Shown here: positions 1 to 9,831 of the stretch, piece by piece | Layout of the letters: each line of letters opens with the position of its first letter | How positions within the stretch are numbered: position 1 is the first letter of the stretch | Source of the DNA: an uncultured Alphaproteobacteria bacterium | Lineage (GTDB): Bacteria; Pseudomonadota; Alphaproteobacteria; Rhizobiales; Xanthobacteraceae | DNA length: 64,000 nt | Direction: 5' to 3' | Assembly: GCA_963702885.1 (NCBI GenBank) | Contig: OY969766.1 | Span: forward strand, 3,497,389 to 3,561,388 | Translations under genes and position numbers: made by a program | The notes under the pieces: generated by a model | Told to the model about the DNA's origin: nothing | The model's database searches: none | The model's input: only the letters and a program-made list of their open reading frames with translations

Positions 1-385
1 TGCGCATCATCAATTTGGTCGCGGCGCGGGCAAGCCGGAAGGTCGCGGTCAGATTGACATTGATCACCTCGCTCCAGTCCTCGTCGCGGAGCTGCACGAA
101 CAGGTTATCGCGGGTGATGCCGGCATTGGCGACCAGGATATCGAGCTGCCCCATCGCCTTTTCCGCCGACGGCACCAGCGCCTCGACCTCGTCGGCATTC
201 GCAAGGTTGCACGGCAGCACATGGACGCGGTCTTTCAGTTCGCCCGCGAGGGTGTCGAGCACCTCCCGCCGCGTGCCGGAGATCGCCACGGTGGCGCCCT
301 GCGCATGCAGCGCACGTGCGATCGCACCGCCGATACCGCCCGTCGCGCCGGTAACGAGCGCGGTCTTCCCAGTCAAATCAAACAT
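1..385 (-). CDS. fabG: 3-oxoacyl-[ACP] reductase FabG, N-terminal part (gene runs off the left edge)
   Basis: Minus-strand ATG at 383-385 with GGGAGA upstream. My translation starts MFDLTGKTALVTGATGGIGGAIARALHAQGA, carrying the TGxxxGIG SDR Rossmann motif. It lies 15 nt downstream of fabD, as in fabD-fabG-acpP clusters. Confidence 0.85.
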   Translation of the reverse strand, partial: MFDLTGKTALVTGATGGIGGAIARALHAQGATVAISGTRREVLDTLAGELKDRVHVLPCNLANADEVEALVPSAEKAMGQLDILVANAGITRDNLFVQLRDEDWSEVINVNLTATFRLARAATKLMMR

Positions 386-400
386 CTTAAGTCTCCCGGA

Positions 401-1357
401 TCACGCGCGCGCCGCGGCCAGCGCGTCTTTCGCGGCTGCAATATCGTTGGGGGTGCCGACGGAAATCCCGACCGCGCCATCCGCGATGCGCTTGACCAGC
501 CCGGACAGCACCTTGCCCGATCCGATCTCGAGAAAATGGGTGACGCCGTGCTGCGCCATGTAGGTCACGCACTCGCGCCAGCGCACGGTGCCGGTGACCT
601 GCTCGACCAGACGTTTGCGGATTTCGTCGGGATCGGTGATCGCGCTTGCCAGCACGTTCGACACCACCGGCACGACCGGCTTGTTCACCGTGACCTTTGC
701 CAGCGCCTCGGCCATCGCATCGGCGGCCGGCTGCATCAGGCGGCAATGGAACGGCGCCGACACCGCAAGCAGCATCGCGCGCTTGGCGCCCTTGGCCTTG
801 GCGATCTCGACGGCACGCTCGACCGCGGCCTTGTCGCCGGAGACCACGACCTGACCGCCGCCATTGTCGTTGGCGGCCTGGCAGACCTCGCCCTGCGCAG
901 CTTCGTTCGCCGCCGCAACCGCCGTTTCGTAATCAAGACCGAGCAATGCGGCCATCGCGCCGGTGCCGACCGGGGTCGCCTTCTGCATCGCGAGACCGCG
1001 AATCCGCAGGAGCCGCGCGGTGTCGGCAATCGACAGGCTGCGCGCGGCGGCCAGCGCCGAATATTCGCCGAGGGAGTGGCCCGCGACGAACGCCGCATCG
1101 CGCGCGATATCGACGCCGACCTCGGTCTCCAGCACCCGCAAGGTGGCCAGCGACACCGCCATCAAAGCCGGCTGGGTATTCGGGGTCATCTGCAGGGCCT
1201 CGGCCGGGCCGTCCCAGATCACGGTGCTGAGCTTCTCGCCGAGCGCCTCATCGACCTCGTCGAACACCGCCCGTGCCGCCGGAAACGCCTCGGCCAGTGC
1301 CTTGCCCATGCCGACGCTCTGTGATCCCTGTCCGGGAAAGGTTAATGCCGCTGTCAT
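401..1357 (-). CDS. fabD: malonyl-CoA:ACP transacylase
   Basis: 318-aa ORF starting MTAALTFPGQGSQSVGMGK with the GHSLGEYSAL active-site motif typical of FabD. Confidence 0.95.
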   Translation of the reverse strand: MTAALTFPGQGSQSVGMGKALAEAFPAARAVFDEVDEALGEKLSTVIWDGPAEALQMTPNTQPALMAVSLATLRVLETEVGVDIARDAAFVAGHSLGEYSALAAARSLSIADTARLLRIRGLAMQKATPVGTGAMAALLGLDYETAVAAANEAAQGEVCQAANDNGGGQVVVSGDKAAVERAVEIAKAKGAKRAMLLAVSAPFHCRLMQPAADAMAEALAKVTVNKPVVPVVSNVLASAITDPDEIRKRLVEQVTGTVRWRECVTYMAQHGVTHFLEIGSGKVLSGLVKRIADGAVGISVGTPNDIAAAKDALAAARA

Positions 1358-1467
1358 AGATGCCCCTGAAAGTTGTGGCCGTAAGACACCGGCAGGCCCG
1401 TCCTGTCAAGCGCGGGAACGCCCCCCTGGGGAGCCCGGCCGGAACGCCGATCCGGCGGCGGTTCCCC

Positions 1468-1495
1468 TTGCCATTCCAGCCAGAATCCCTATAAA
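1468..1495 (+). promoter_or_regulatory. candidate sigma70-type promoter for rpsF-rpsR
   Basis: TTGCCA (1468-1473), 16-nt spacer, TATAAA (1490-1495), inside the 329-nt fabD/rpsF divergent spacer. It would leave a 5' UTR of about 190 nt. Pattern match by eye only. Confidence 0.25.
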
Positions 1496-1686
1496 CGCGC
1501 CATCCGTGGATCCCGGCCGGGAGCTGAACGGACGGTCTCACCAATATCTCCTTTCAGGTGATCTTGATGCGACAGGGCCAGTCGGCCCGTCGTCCCGTGC
1601 TTCCGCCTTCTGAGCAGATCGAGTCCTTTCCGAAGGTCTCGAAGGGCTTGTCGCCAGGAACCGCGCTAACACTGGAAAGGACACCC

Positions 1687-2145
1687 ATGCCTCTTTACGA
1701 GCATGTATTTCTCGCGCGTCAGGATGCGAGCGCCCAGCAGGTCGAAGAGTTTACCACCCAGATCACCGGCGTGATCGAGGGACTCGGCGGCAAGGTCACC
1801 AAGACCGAGAACTGGGGCGTGCGCTCCCTCACCTACCGCATGAACAAGAACCGCAAGGCGCATTTCATGCTGCTCAACATCGACGGCCCCGCAGCGGTGG
1901 TCGCCGAGGTCGAGCGCCAGGAACGCATCAACGAAGACATCATTCGCTATCTCACCGTCCGCGTCGACGAACTCGAGGAAGGCCCTTCCGCCATGATGCG
2001 CAAGGCCGACCGTGACCGTGATCGCGACGACCGTGGCGGCTTCCGCGGCGACCGCGAAGGCGGTTCGCGCGAGGGTGGTTTCCGTGGCGATCGCGGCCCG
2101 CGCCGTTCGCGTGACGACGACGCAACCGCAACGGTACAGGAGTAA
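1687..2145 (+). CDS. rpsF: 30S ribosomal protein S6
   Basis: Internal ATG at 1687 gives [23 protein letters not shown], a typical S6 N-terminus, with an acidic/RG-rich tail. AAAGGA lies upstream. The ORF-track start at 1558 is an over-extension. Confidence 0.95.
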   Translation: MPLYEHVFLARQDASAQQVEEFTTQITGVIEGLGGKVTKTENWGVRSLTYRMNKNRKAHFMLLNIDGPAAVVAEVERQERINEDIIRYLTVRVDELEEGPSAMMRKADRDRDRDDRGGFRGDREGGSREGGFRGDRGPRRSRDDDATATVQE

Positions 2146-2150
2146 GACCC

Positions 2151-2390
2151 ATGGCAGACGCAGGCGCACGCCGTCCGTTTTTCCGCCGTCGCAAGACCTG
2201 CCCGTTCACGGGCACGAACGCGCCGAAGATCGACTACAAGGATTCCAAGCTGTTGATGCGTTACGTCTCCGAGCGCGGTAAGATCGTGCCGAGCCGCATC
2301 ACCGCCGTTTCCGCGCTGAAGCAGCGTGAACTCGCCCGCGCCATCAAGCGCGCGCGCTTTCTCGGTCTTCTGCCTTACGTGATCCGTTGA
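2151..2390 (+). CDS. rpsR: 30S ribosomal protein S18
   Basis: 79 aa, containing [10 protein letters not shown]...IDYKD...[43 protein letters not shown], the canonical S18 sequence. Confidence 0.95.
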   Translation: MADAGARRPFFRRRKTCPFTGTNAPKIDYKDSKLLMRYVSERGKIVPSRITAVSALKQRELARAIKRARFLGLLPYVIR

Positions 2391-2555
2391 TCTGATGACC
2401 TTTCATTCCGGGCCGGCCGCAAGGCGAGGCCCGGAATGACTTCACCGGAGCGATGGCCGCTCCGGTCGCCGGAATTCTCATAACACACCGGGTCGTTCCG
2501 GGGTGGATGGTTGGGGCCCTGAGCCTCTAACCGCTCAAAGGGGGCGGGACAGCTG

Positions 2556-3518
2556 ATGACAGGTCTACTTATTGCATTGGCGGCCGGCCTTGCCTCGGCA
2601 TCGATGTTCGCATCGATCGTGTCGGGAGCAACGATTGCGCTCATGCTTTTTTATCTCGCGCCGCTGCCGTTGATGACCATCGCGCTGGGCTGGGGCTCGA
2701 GTACGGCCGCGGTCGGCGGCCTCGTCGGCGCGCTCGGCGTCGGCGGCGTGTTCGGACCGACCTATTTTGCAGCCTTCGCGATGACCGTCGCTTTGCCGGC
2801 CTGGTGGCTCGGCCATCTCGCGCTTTTGGCGCGGCCGGTCTCCTCCGACCCGCAGCTTGCCAATCTCGCGCCCGCGCTCGACTGGTATCCGGTCGGCCGC
2901 ATCCTGATCTGGGTCGCGGTGTTCGCCTCGATCACCACCGTGAGCGCGATGCTGACGCTCGGCATGGACGCCGAGACGATCCATGCCGGACTGCGCAATG
3001 TCCTGATCCGCATGGGCGGCGTCAGCACCGAACATCTCAACAACGAGGCGGTGAATCGCACGGTCAACATGCTGGCGACGCTCGCACCGGGCGCGGCGAC
3101 GCTGATCGCGACCGTGACGCTGACCCTCAATCTATGGCTCGCGGCCAGGATCACGACGACCTCGCAGCGCCTGAAGCGCCCCTGGCCCGACCTGCGCATG
3201 ACGCAATTGCCGACCACGGCGCTTGCCGCTTTGGGCGCGGCGATCCTGCTCTGCCTCGCCGGCGGCGTGATCGCGATCGCGGCGCAGATTTTCAGCGCCG
3301 CGCTGCTGATGGTCTACGGCATGACCGGATTCGCGGTGGTCCACACCCTGACGCAATCGGTCTCGGGCCGCGCAATGATGCTGGGCAGCATGTATGCGGC
3401 AACCCTGCTGATCGGCTGGCCGCTGGTCGGCGCGGTCATCCTCGGGATTGTCGACGCCGCATTTGGACTCCGCCGCCGCTACTGGCGGCAACATAACCAG
3501 TTACCACCATCCACTTAA
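2556..3518 (+). CDS. polytopic inner-membrane protein (DUF2232-like) between rpsR and rplI
   Basis: 320-aa ORF with many hydrophobic helices. An equivalent membrane gene occupies the rpsR-rplI slot in Rhizobiales. The family name is from memory and was not searched. Confidence 0.65.
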   Translation: MTGLLIALAAGLASASMFASIVSGATIALMLFYLAPLPLMTIALGWGSSTAAVGGLVGALGVGGVFGPTYFAAFAMTVALPAWWLGHLALLARPVSSDPQLANLAPALDWYPVGRILIWVAVFASITTVSAMLTLGMDAETIHAGLRNVLIRMGGVSTEHLNNEAVNRTVNMLATLAPGAATLIATVTLTLNLWLAARITTTSQRLKRPWPDLRMTQLPTTALAALGAAILLCLAGGVIAIAAQIFSAALLMVYGMTGFAVVHTLTQSVSGRAMMLGSMYAATLLIGWPLVGAVILGIVDAAFGLRRRYWRQHNQLPPST

Positions 3519-3579
3519 CTTCAAGCACCACTTCAACAACAGAACACAACACGTCATCAGACAACGAAGGAGATCGAAT

Positions 3580-4179
3580 ATGGAAGTCATTCTGCTGGAG
3601 CGCGTGGCCAAGCTCGGCCAGATGGGCGATGTGGTCCGAGTGAAGGACGGCTTTGCCCGTAACTTCCTGCTCAAGCGCCACAAGGCGCTGCGCGCCACCA
3701 AGGAAAACCGCGAGAAGTACGACGGCATGAAGGCCGAACTCGAGGCCAAAAACCTCAAGGCCAAGAGCGAGGCCTCCCAGGTCGCCGCGAAGATCGAAGG
3801 CCGCAACGTCATCGTCATCCGCCAGGCGTCGGAAAGCGGCCAGCTCTACGGCTCGGTTTCGGTGCGTGACATCATGGCGGCGCTGGAGGCGGACGGCGTG
3901 TCGCTGAACCGTCAGCAGGTGCTGCTCGACGCGCCGGTCAAGGAGATCGGCCAGCATCACGTCGCGATCGCCGTGCACCCGGAAGTCGAGGTCGGCGTGA
4001 CCGTCACCGTCGCGCGCAGCCAGGCGGAAGCTGAGCGCATCAACCGCGGCGAGGACGTCAACAGCCGTCAGGAAGATCGTGACGCCGCCGCCGAGGCGAT
4101 CGCCGCTGCGGGCGAGTTCTTCGATCCGGAAGCGCAGCCCGAGGACGAAGAGCCTGCCGAGGCCCCCGCCGAGAAGTAA
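3580..4179 (+). CDS. rplI: 50S ribosomal protein L9
   Basis: ATG at 3580 preceded by [38 protein letters not shown] is the conserved L9 N-terminus. Confidence 0.95.
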   Translation: MEVILLERVAKLGQMGDVVRVKDGFARNFLLKRHKALRATKENREKYDGMKAELEAKNLKAKSEASQVAAKIEGRNVIVIRQASESGQLYGSVSVRDIMAALEADGVSLNRQQVLLDAPVKEIGQHHVAIAVHPEVEVGVTVTVARSQAEAERINRGEDVNSRQEDRDAAAEAIAAAGEFFDPEAQPEDEEPAEAPAEK

Positions 4180-4204
4180 GCGGCAGACCATCCGCCAACA
4201 TGAC

Positions 4205-4236
4205 AAAGCCCGGCCTGATGATCAGGCCGGGCTTTT
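4205..4236. terminator. bidirectional intrinsic terminator between rplI and the convergent CxxCH gene
   Basis: AAA-GCCCGGCCTGA-tga-TCAGGCCGGGC-TTTT: a perfect 11-bp GC-rich stem flanked by an A-run and a T-run. Confidence 0.75.
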
Positions 4237-4513
4237 CATTTGGAATGAAATGATCTCACTAACCTATTGGGAGATCGGAGCGATCGGTGCTCCCGCAGGG
4301 TCGCGCGACGGTGGCGGAGGTGGCGGCGACGGCTCATCGAGCTTGAACACCGGCATGTTCGAGGACGGCGCCTCGGCGGTCTTCGGCGCAGCGTCCGGAG
4401 TATCGCCGCTGCCGCCGGCAGACGTTTCCTTCGGTGCCGGGGTGACGGCCGGAACCGGATCTGGTCTCGTCTCGGCCGCATTGCTGCCCGCCTCGCCACC
4501 GGCTGCTTCCGGT

Positions 4514-5398
4514 TTAGCTGCCTCCTGCTTGGCGGAGTTGGGCTTGGTCGATTTCGGGCTTGGCCAGTTCAGGCTTAGCCGATTCGGGTTTCGCCGATTC
4601 GGATGCGGGTGCTTCCGACGTCGCCGTCTCCGGCTTGGCAGCGGATGCCTTGCCATCCTCGGGCTTGGCAGCGTCGGGGCTGCCCGTGTCGGTATTGGCG
4701 GTCTTGGCATCGCCATCCGGTTGCGCGGCGGGCGCTTCCGGCTTGGTCTCGGCGGGCTTGACCTCTGCAGGCTTGGCCTCGGTGGGCTTGGCCTCGGTGG
4801 GCTTGGCCTCGGTGGGCTTGGTCTCAGGCGGCGCGGCCTTCGGTTCATCCTTTGTGCCAGCAACCGGCGGCTTACGCTTCTCGTGCCTTGATTTCTTGCC
4901 CTTCGGAGCCGCCTCGGGTTTAGCCTCGGACGGCGCTGCGGCTGCCGTAGGCGGCACACCCGGTACCTCCTCCAGCCGCTCGACATCCGGCCGCCGCGCT
5001 TCACGTGACCGATGCTCCGGTCGGGCTTCGGGCTTGACCTCAGGCCTCGCGCCGGCCTCCGGGACGGGCTTCGGCGCGGTACGAGCCTCCCGGCCCTGAC
5101 GGGTCAGATTGCCATCGCCCTGCCGCTTGTCCGACGCGCCATTGGCAAGCACGTATGCGCTCAGGGCCGCCGCCATGTCGGTGCTGGTGGTGTAGTGCTG
5201 GCGCAGAAAGCCAGCCAACGATCCGGGCGGCACCGTTTTCAACAGACCGCGCGAACTCTTGTGGCACAGCGCACAGGTTGCCGAAAACAGTTGGGAAGGA
5301 CTTTTGCCAGCTTCGAGGTTCTGGGCCACAGCCGGCCCCGTTGCCGTATGAAAGATCAGAAGCGTCACCGCCGCCGAAATGAGCGCCCGGCTCAACAT
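4514..5398 (-). CDS. exported CxxCH (c-type cytochrome-like) protein with a Pro/Ala/Lys/Glu-rich repeat tail; the 3' end is probably frameshifted
   Basis: ATG at 5396-5398 gives the signal peptide MLSRALISAAVTLLIFHTATGPAVAQ. This is followed by a CALCH heme-binding motif and then a low-complexity KPxxA tail. The frame stops at 4514, but another frame continues the same repeat pattern to 4264, just before the terminator. Confidence 0.6.
   Translation of the reverse strand: MLSRALISAAVTLLIFHTATGPAVAQNLEAGKSPSQLFSATCALCHKSSRGLLKTVPPGSLAGFLRQHYTTSTDMAAALSAYVLANGASDKRQGDGNLTRQGREARTAPKPVPEAGARPEVKPEARPEHRSREARRPDVERLEEVPGVPPTAAAAPSEAKPEAAPKGKKSRHEKRKPPVAGTKDEPKAAPPETKPTEAKPTEAKPTEAKPAEVKPAETKPEAPAAQPDGDAKTANTDTGSPDAAKPEDGKASAAKPETATSEAPASESAKPESAKPELAKPEIDQAQLRQAGGS
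4741..4830. repeat. 15-bp tandem repeat (six units, three of them identical) inside the CxxCH gene
   Basis: GCTTGGCCTCGGTGG occurs at 4771, 4786 and 4801, flanked by degenerate units at 4741, 4756 and 4816. On the minus strand it encodes KPTEA x3. Confidence 0.85.
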
Positions 5399-5674
5399 CC
5401 GCGTTCTCCAGAAGGCCTCGAGGAAGCGCAGCGGCACCGGAGGCAGGTTGTGTGTGTCGGCGCCACCATTAGCGGATTATGCGGCGAATGGAAGCATGGA
5501 GATGTCCCAAATCCGTGACCCGAAAACAGGGAACAGTTCTGCGCCTGGAGCATTGCAAAACTATTCGATCCGATAAAAAATCAATTTTTGATTGAGTGCC
5601 TTACCGAAAACGTCATATCGCGACGGCACAGTGACGGACGCCGTCGTATCGAATGGATCATTGGATGATGTCCC

Positions 5675-6925
5675 ATGGACCGTTTGCTGCAACTTTTCCT
5701 GTCACGTTTCATCCGCACAGGCTCGATCACTTTCACCACCAGTAGCGGATACACCTTTACCTGCGGCGACGGCAGCGGCGAGCCGGTCGCGGCGCGATTC
5801 GTCACCGCGGCAGCCGAAAAGCAATTCCTGCTCGATCCCGAGCTGGCGTTCGGCGAAATCTATACCGACGGCCTGTTCGTGATGGAGCGCGGCTCGATCG
5901 CCGATCTTCTGGCGATTGCGCTGGCCCAGCCGTTCAACATGCCGCGCTGGGTCAAGCTACGCGACGCGCTGCGCTATCTCACCCGCGGCTGGCAGCAGTT
6001 CAACTCGCTGCGGCGCTCCAAAACCAATATCGCGCGGCACTACGACCTCGACGGACGGATGTATTCGCTCTTCCTCGACGCCGACAAACAATATAGCTGC
6101 GCCTATTTCGAGACCCCCGATGCCACGCTGGACGACGCCCAGCTTGCCAAGAAGCGGCACCTCGCCGCCAAGCTGCTGCTCAAACCGGACCTGCGCGTGC
6201 TCGATATCGGCTCCGGCTGGGGCGGCCTCGGCCTTTATCTGGCGGAGATCGCAGGCGCCAACCTCACTGGCGTGACGCTATCGCAGGAGCAGCTTCAGGT
6301 CGCGACCGCGCGCGCCGAGGAAAAGGGATTGTCCGGCAATGCGCGATTCCTGCTGGAGGACTACCGTGCGATCCCCGGCCCGTTTGACCGGATCGTCTCG
6401 GTCGGCATGTTCGAACATGTCGGGGTCAAATACTACGATACCTTCTTCAAACGCTGTGCCGAACTCCTCACCGACGACGGCATCGTGCTGATCCATGCCA
6501 TCGGGCGTTCGGAGCCGCCCGGAATCACCAACCCGTGGGTGGCCAAGCACATTTTCCCCGGCGGCTACATCCCGGCGCTGTCCGAGGTGCTGCCGGCGGT
6601 CGAGCGCAGCGGGCTTCTGGTCAACGACATCGAGATCCTGCGCCTGCATTATGCCGAGACCCTGAAGTCCTGGCGCGAACGATTCCTGGCGCGACGGGAG
6701 GAAGCGGCACGGCTTTATGACGAGAGCTTCGTGCGGATGTGGGAGTTCTATCTCGCCTCGTCCGAGATGAGCTTCCGCAAGCAGAACATGATGGTGTTCC
6801 AGATTCAGCTCAGCAAACGGCAGGGCGTCGTGCCGATCACGCGCGACTATATCGGCAACGAAGAGCGGCGGCTGCGCGGGCTGGAAGCCTCCAGAGGTCC
6901 GCGACTCCAGCTCGCCGGCGAATGA
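5675..6925 (+). CDS. cfa: cyclopropane-fatty-acyl-phospholipid synthase family SAM-dependent methyltransferase
   Basis: 416 aa with the conserved CFA-synthase blocks HYDLDGRMYSLFLDADKQYSCAYF and VLDIGSGWGGLGLYLAE (SAM motif I). Confidence 0.9.
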   Translation: MDRLLQLFLSRFIRTGSITFTTSSGYTFTCGDGSGEPVAARFVTAAAEKQFLLDPELAFGEIYTDGLFVMERGSIADLLAIALAQPFNMPRWVKLRDALRYLTRGWQQFNSLRRSKTNIARHYDLDGRMYSLFLDADKQYSCAYFETPDATLDDAQLAKKRHLAAKLLLKPDLRVLDIGSGWGGLGLYLAEIAGANLTGVTLSQEQLQVATARAEEKGLSGNARFLLEDYRAIPGPFDRIVSVGMFEHVGVKYYDTFFKRCAELLTDDGIVLIHAIGRSEPPGITNPWVAKHIFPGGYIPALSEVLPAVERSGLLVNDIEILRLHYAETLKSWRERFLARREEAARLYDESFVRMWEFYLASSEMSFRKQNMMVFQIQLSKRQGVVPITRDYIGNEERRLRGLEASRGPRLQLAGE

Positions 6926-7086
6926 CGCGAGCGAGCAAAGGTCAAGTGCAATCGGTTTGATTCGGTCCTGACGCGGTCCGGCCGTGTGAGAATCGGGCAT
7001 AAGCGCACAAGCAGCTTTCGCCCGGCACGGCACCGGTGGCAGATAGGTGCCTCTCATTTGACTCAAAGAAAGCGCGTCGTCGCGAC

Positions 7087-8583
7087 ATGGCCCTCTCCGA
7101 CTCGAACATTGTCAAGCTCGCGCCTGACGTTGGCACGCCCGCCTACCGGACCGCACCTCACAACATCGAAGCGGAACAAAGCGTCCTGGGCGCGATCCTG
7201 GTCAACAACGACGCGTTCTACCGGGTCTCCGACTTCCTCGAGCCGAAGCATTTCTTCGAGCCGATCCATCAGCTTATCTTCGAGACCGCCAGCAGCATCA
7301 TCCGCGCCGGCAAGGTCGCAACCCCGGTCACGCTGAAGACCTTCGTACCGGCCGACACCGACATCGGCGGCATGACGGTCGGCCAGTACCTCGCCCGCCT
7401 TGCGGCTGAGGCAACCACGATCATCAACGCCCACGACTACGGCCGTACCATCTACGAACTCGCGCTGCGCCGCGACCTGATCCGCATCGGCGAAGACATG
7501 GTCAATGTCGCCTATGACGCGCCGGTGGACTTCGCGCCCCGCGCCCAGATCGAGGATGCCGAGCGCCGCCTTTACGAGCTTGCCGAGGCTGGCCGCTATG
7601 ACGGCGGTTTCCAGAAATTCGGCCAGGCGCTCGCGGTCGCCATCGACATGGCGGCGGCGGCCTATAAGCGCGACGGCAACCTGTCAGGCATCGCTTCCGG
7701 CCTGCGCGACATGGACACCAAGATGGGCGGGTTGCAGCGGTCCGACCTCATCATCCTCGCCGGTCGTCCCGCGATGGGCAAAACTGCGCTCGCCACCAAC
7801 ATCGCCTATAATGTCGCGCGCAACTGGCGCGGCGAAGTCCAGCCCGACGGCCAGATGAAATCGGTCAATGGCGGCGTGGTCGGCTTCTTCTCGCTGGAAA
7901 TGTCGGCCGAGCAGCTCGCCACCCGTATTCTCGCCGAGCGCACAGGCATTTCATCGAGTTCGATCCGGCGCGGCGGCATCAGCGAAAGCGATTTCGAGAA
8001 GATCCGCGATCACGCCATCGAGATGCAGCATTTGCCGTTCCATGTCGATGACACCGGCGGCCTGTCGATCGCCCAGTTGTCGGCCCGTGCCCGCCGGCTG
8101 AAGCGGCAGAAGGGGCTCGATCTTCTGATCATCGACTACATCCAGCTGCTCTCCGGCTCGGCCAAGCGCTCCGACAACCGCGTGCAGGAAATCACCGAAA
8201 TCACCACCAGCCTGAAGGCGCTGGCGAAGGAGCTGAACGTTCCCATCATCGCGCTGTCGCAGCTCTCCCGTCAGGTCGAGGCCCGCGACGACAAGCGCCC
8301 GCAACTCTCCGACCTGCGTGAATCCGGCTCGATCGAGCAGGACGCCGACGTGGTGCTGTTCGTGTTCCGTGAGGAATATTACCTGCAGAACAAGGAGCCG
8401 CGCCCCGGCACGCCCGAGCACGAGAAGTGGCAGACCGAGATGCAACTCGTGCATGGCAAGGCCGAAGTGATCATCGGCAAGCAGCGCCACGGCCCCACCG
8501 GCACGATCGAGTTGCAATTCGACGCCAGCGTCACCCGCTTCGCCGACCTCGACCAGGGCCAGCATTTACCGGACCGGATTTAA
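7087..8583 (+). CDS. dnaB: replicative DNA helicase DnaB
   Basis: ATG at 7087. Contains PHNIEAEQSVLGAILVNN, Walker A GRPAMGKT and the C-terminal GKQRHGPTG. About 498 aa, so no intein. Confidence 0.95.
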   Translation: MALSDSNIVKLAPDVGTPAYRTAPHNIEAEQSVLGAILVNNDAFYRVSDFLEPKHFFEPIHQLIFETASSIIRAGKVATPVTLKTFVPADTDIGGMTVGQYLARLAAEATTIINAHDYGRTIYELALRRDLIRIGEDMVNVAYDAPVDFAPRAQIEDAERRLYELAEAGRYDGGFQKFGQALAVAIDMAAAAYKRDGNLSGIASGLRDMDTKMGGLQRSDLIILAGRPAMGKTALATNIAYNVARNWRGEVQPDGQMKSVNGGVVGFFSLEMSAEQLATRILAERTGISSSSIRRGGISESDFEKIRDHAIEMQHLPFHVDDTGGLSIAQLSARARRLKRQKGLDLLIIDYIQLLSGSAKRSDNRVQEITEITTSLKALAKELNVPIIALSQLSRQVEARDDKRPQLSDLRESGSIEQDADVVLFVFREEYYLQNKEPRPGTPEHEKWQTEMQLVHGKAEVIIGKQRHGPTGTIELQFDASVTRFADLDQGQHLPDRI

Positions 8584-8640
8584 TCGTCTCGCCGCGCGAA
8601 TGTGATATGAAGGCGGCATGATCAGGCCGCTTTCCATCCG

Positions 8641-9825
8641 ATGAATCCTTTGTCCGGTCCCTTGTCCGATAGCAAACCCGTTTCCGAATCGCGTGCCGCG
8701 CAGCTCGACACGCGCACGCTCGAGGCCGCGCCCGGCGTTCTCACCATCGATCTCGACGCCATCGCCGCGAATTGGAAGGCGCTCGACAGCCGCGCCGTGC
8801 CGGCCGAATGCGCCGCCGTGGTCAAGGCCGACGCCTATGGTTGCGGCCTGCCGCAGGTGACGCGCCGCCTCGCCGCCGCCGGCTGCAAGACATTCTTCGT
8901 CGCCACGCTTGAGGAAGCCAAGACTGCCCGAGCGGCCGCGCCCAAGGCGGCAATCTATGTGCTCGACGGCTTCTTCTCCAATTGCGGCGATGCTTTCGCC
9001 AAACTCGACGCCCGCCCGGTGATCGGCGATCTCGGCGAACTGGCCGAATGGGATGTCTTCCGCCGCACCAGCGGCTGGAGCGGATCGGCCGCGATCCAGA
9101 TCGACACCGGCATGCACCGCCTCGGCCTGACGCTCGAGGATGCACAGGCGCTGATCCCCCGCATCCGCAAGGGGGACCATGGCGTCTCGCTGGTGATGAG
9201 CCATCTGGCAAGCGCGGAGCAGCTCGATCATCCCGCCAACGGGCGGCAGGTCGCCGCCTTCCGCGAAATCGCCTCGGAATTCACCGGCGTGCCGGCCTCG
9301 CTCGCCAATTCATCCGGCATCTTCCTCGGCCCGCACTTCCATTTCGACATGGTGCGGCCGGGTGCGGCGCTCTACGGCGTCAACCCGACGCCGGAAGCCG
9401 ACAGCCCGATGCAGGGTGTCATCAACCTGAAGGTCCGTATCGAGCAGATCCGCAGCGTGCCGAAGGGCGAGACCGCCGGCTATGGCGGCATCTGGACCGC
9501 GCGGCGCCCGAGCCGGCTTGCGATCGTCACCGCCGGTTATGCCGACGGCTACTTCCGCGCCGCCAGCGGCGTCGATGGCATGCGCGGCGCCGAGGCGATG
9601 GTCGCGGGACAACGCTGCCCGCTCGCCGGACGCATCTCGATGGACCTGATGACCATCGACATCACCGACGTACCGCACGGCGCGGTGCGGCGCGGGCATT
9701 TCGTCACTTTGATCGGCGACGGCATCGGCATCGACGAACTCGCGCATCATTTCGGCACCATCGGCTACGAGGTGCTGACCAGCCTCGGCTACCGCTACGC
9801 GCGGGTCTACAAGGGCGAGGCGTAG
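8641..9825 (+). CDS. alr: alanine racemase
   Basis: 394 aa with the VVKADAYGCG PLP-lysine motif. The dnaB-alr-radA order is typical of alphaproteobacteria. Confidence 0.9.
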   Translation: MNPLSGPLSDSKPVSESRAAQLDTRTLEAAPGVLTIDLDAIAANWKALDSRAVPAECAAVVKADAYGCGLPQVTRRLAAAGCKTFFVATLEEAKTARAAAPKAAIYVLDGFFSNCGDAFAKLDARPVIGDLGELAEWDVFRRTSGWSGSAAIQIDTGMHRLGLTLEDAQALIPRIRKGDHGVSLVMSHLASAEQLDHPANGRQVAAFREIASEFTGVPASLANSSGIFLGPHFHFDMVRPGAALYGVNPTPEADSPMQGVINLKVRIEQIRSVPKGETAGYGGIWTARRPSRLAIVTAGYADGYFRAASGVDGMRGAEAMVAGQRCPLAGRISMDLMTIDITDVPHGAVRRGHFVTLIGDGIGIDELAHHFGTIGYEVLTSLGYRYARVYKGEA

Positions 9826-9831
9826 GTCGCG

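Noticed and set aside
4264-5004. A 246-aa minus-strand ORF rich in PRPSPP repeats overlapping the CxxCH gene.
   Set aside because: Most of it is just the 15-bp repeat read in another frame. Only its 3' ~250 nt (4264-4513) looks like genuine coding continuation of the CxxCH gene, and that part is reported as a frameshift.
5579-5593. AATCAA-TTT-TTGATT palindrome in the AT-rich spacer upstream of cfa, and the 7-bp hairpin at 5621-5646 in the cfa leader.
   Set aside because: These are short, low-complexity, AT-rich sequences. There is no known regulator motif and no way to assess conservation here.
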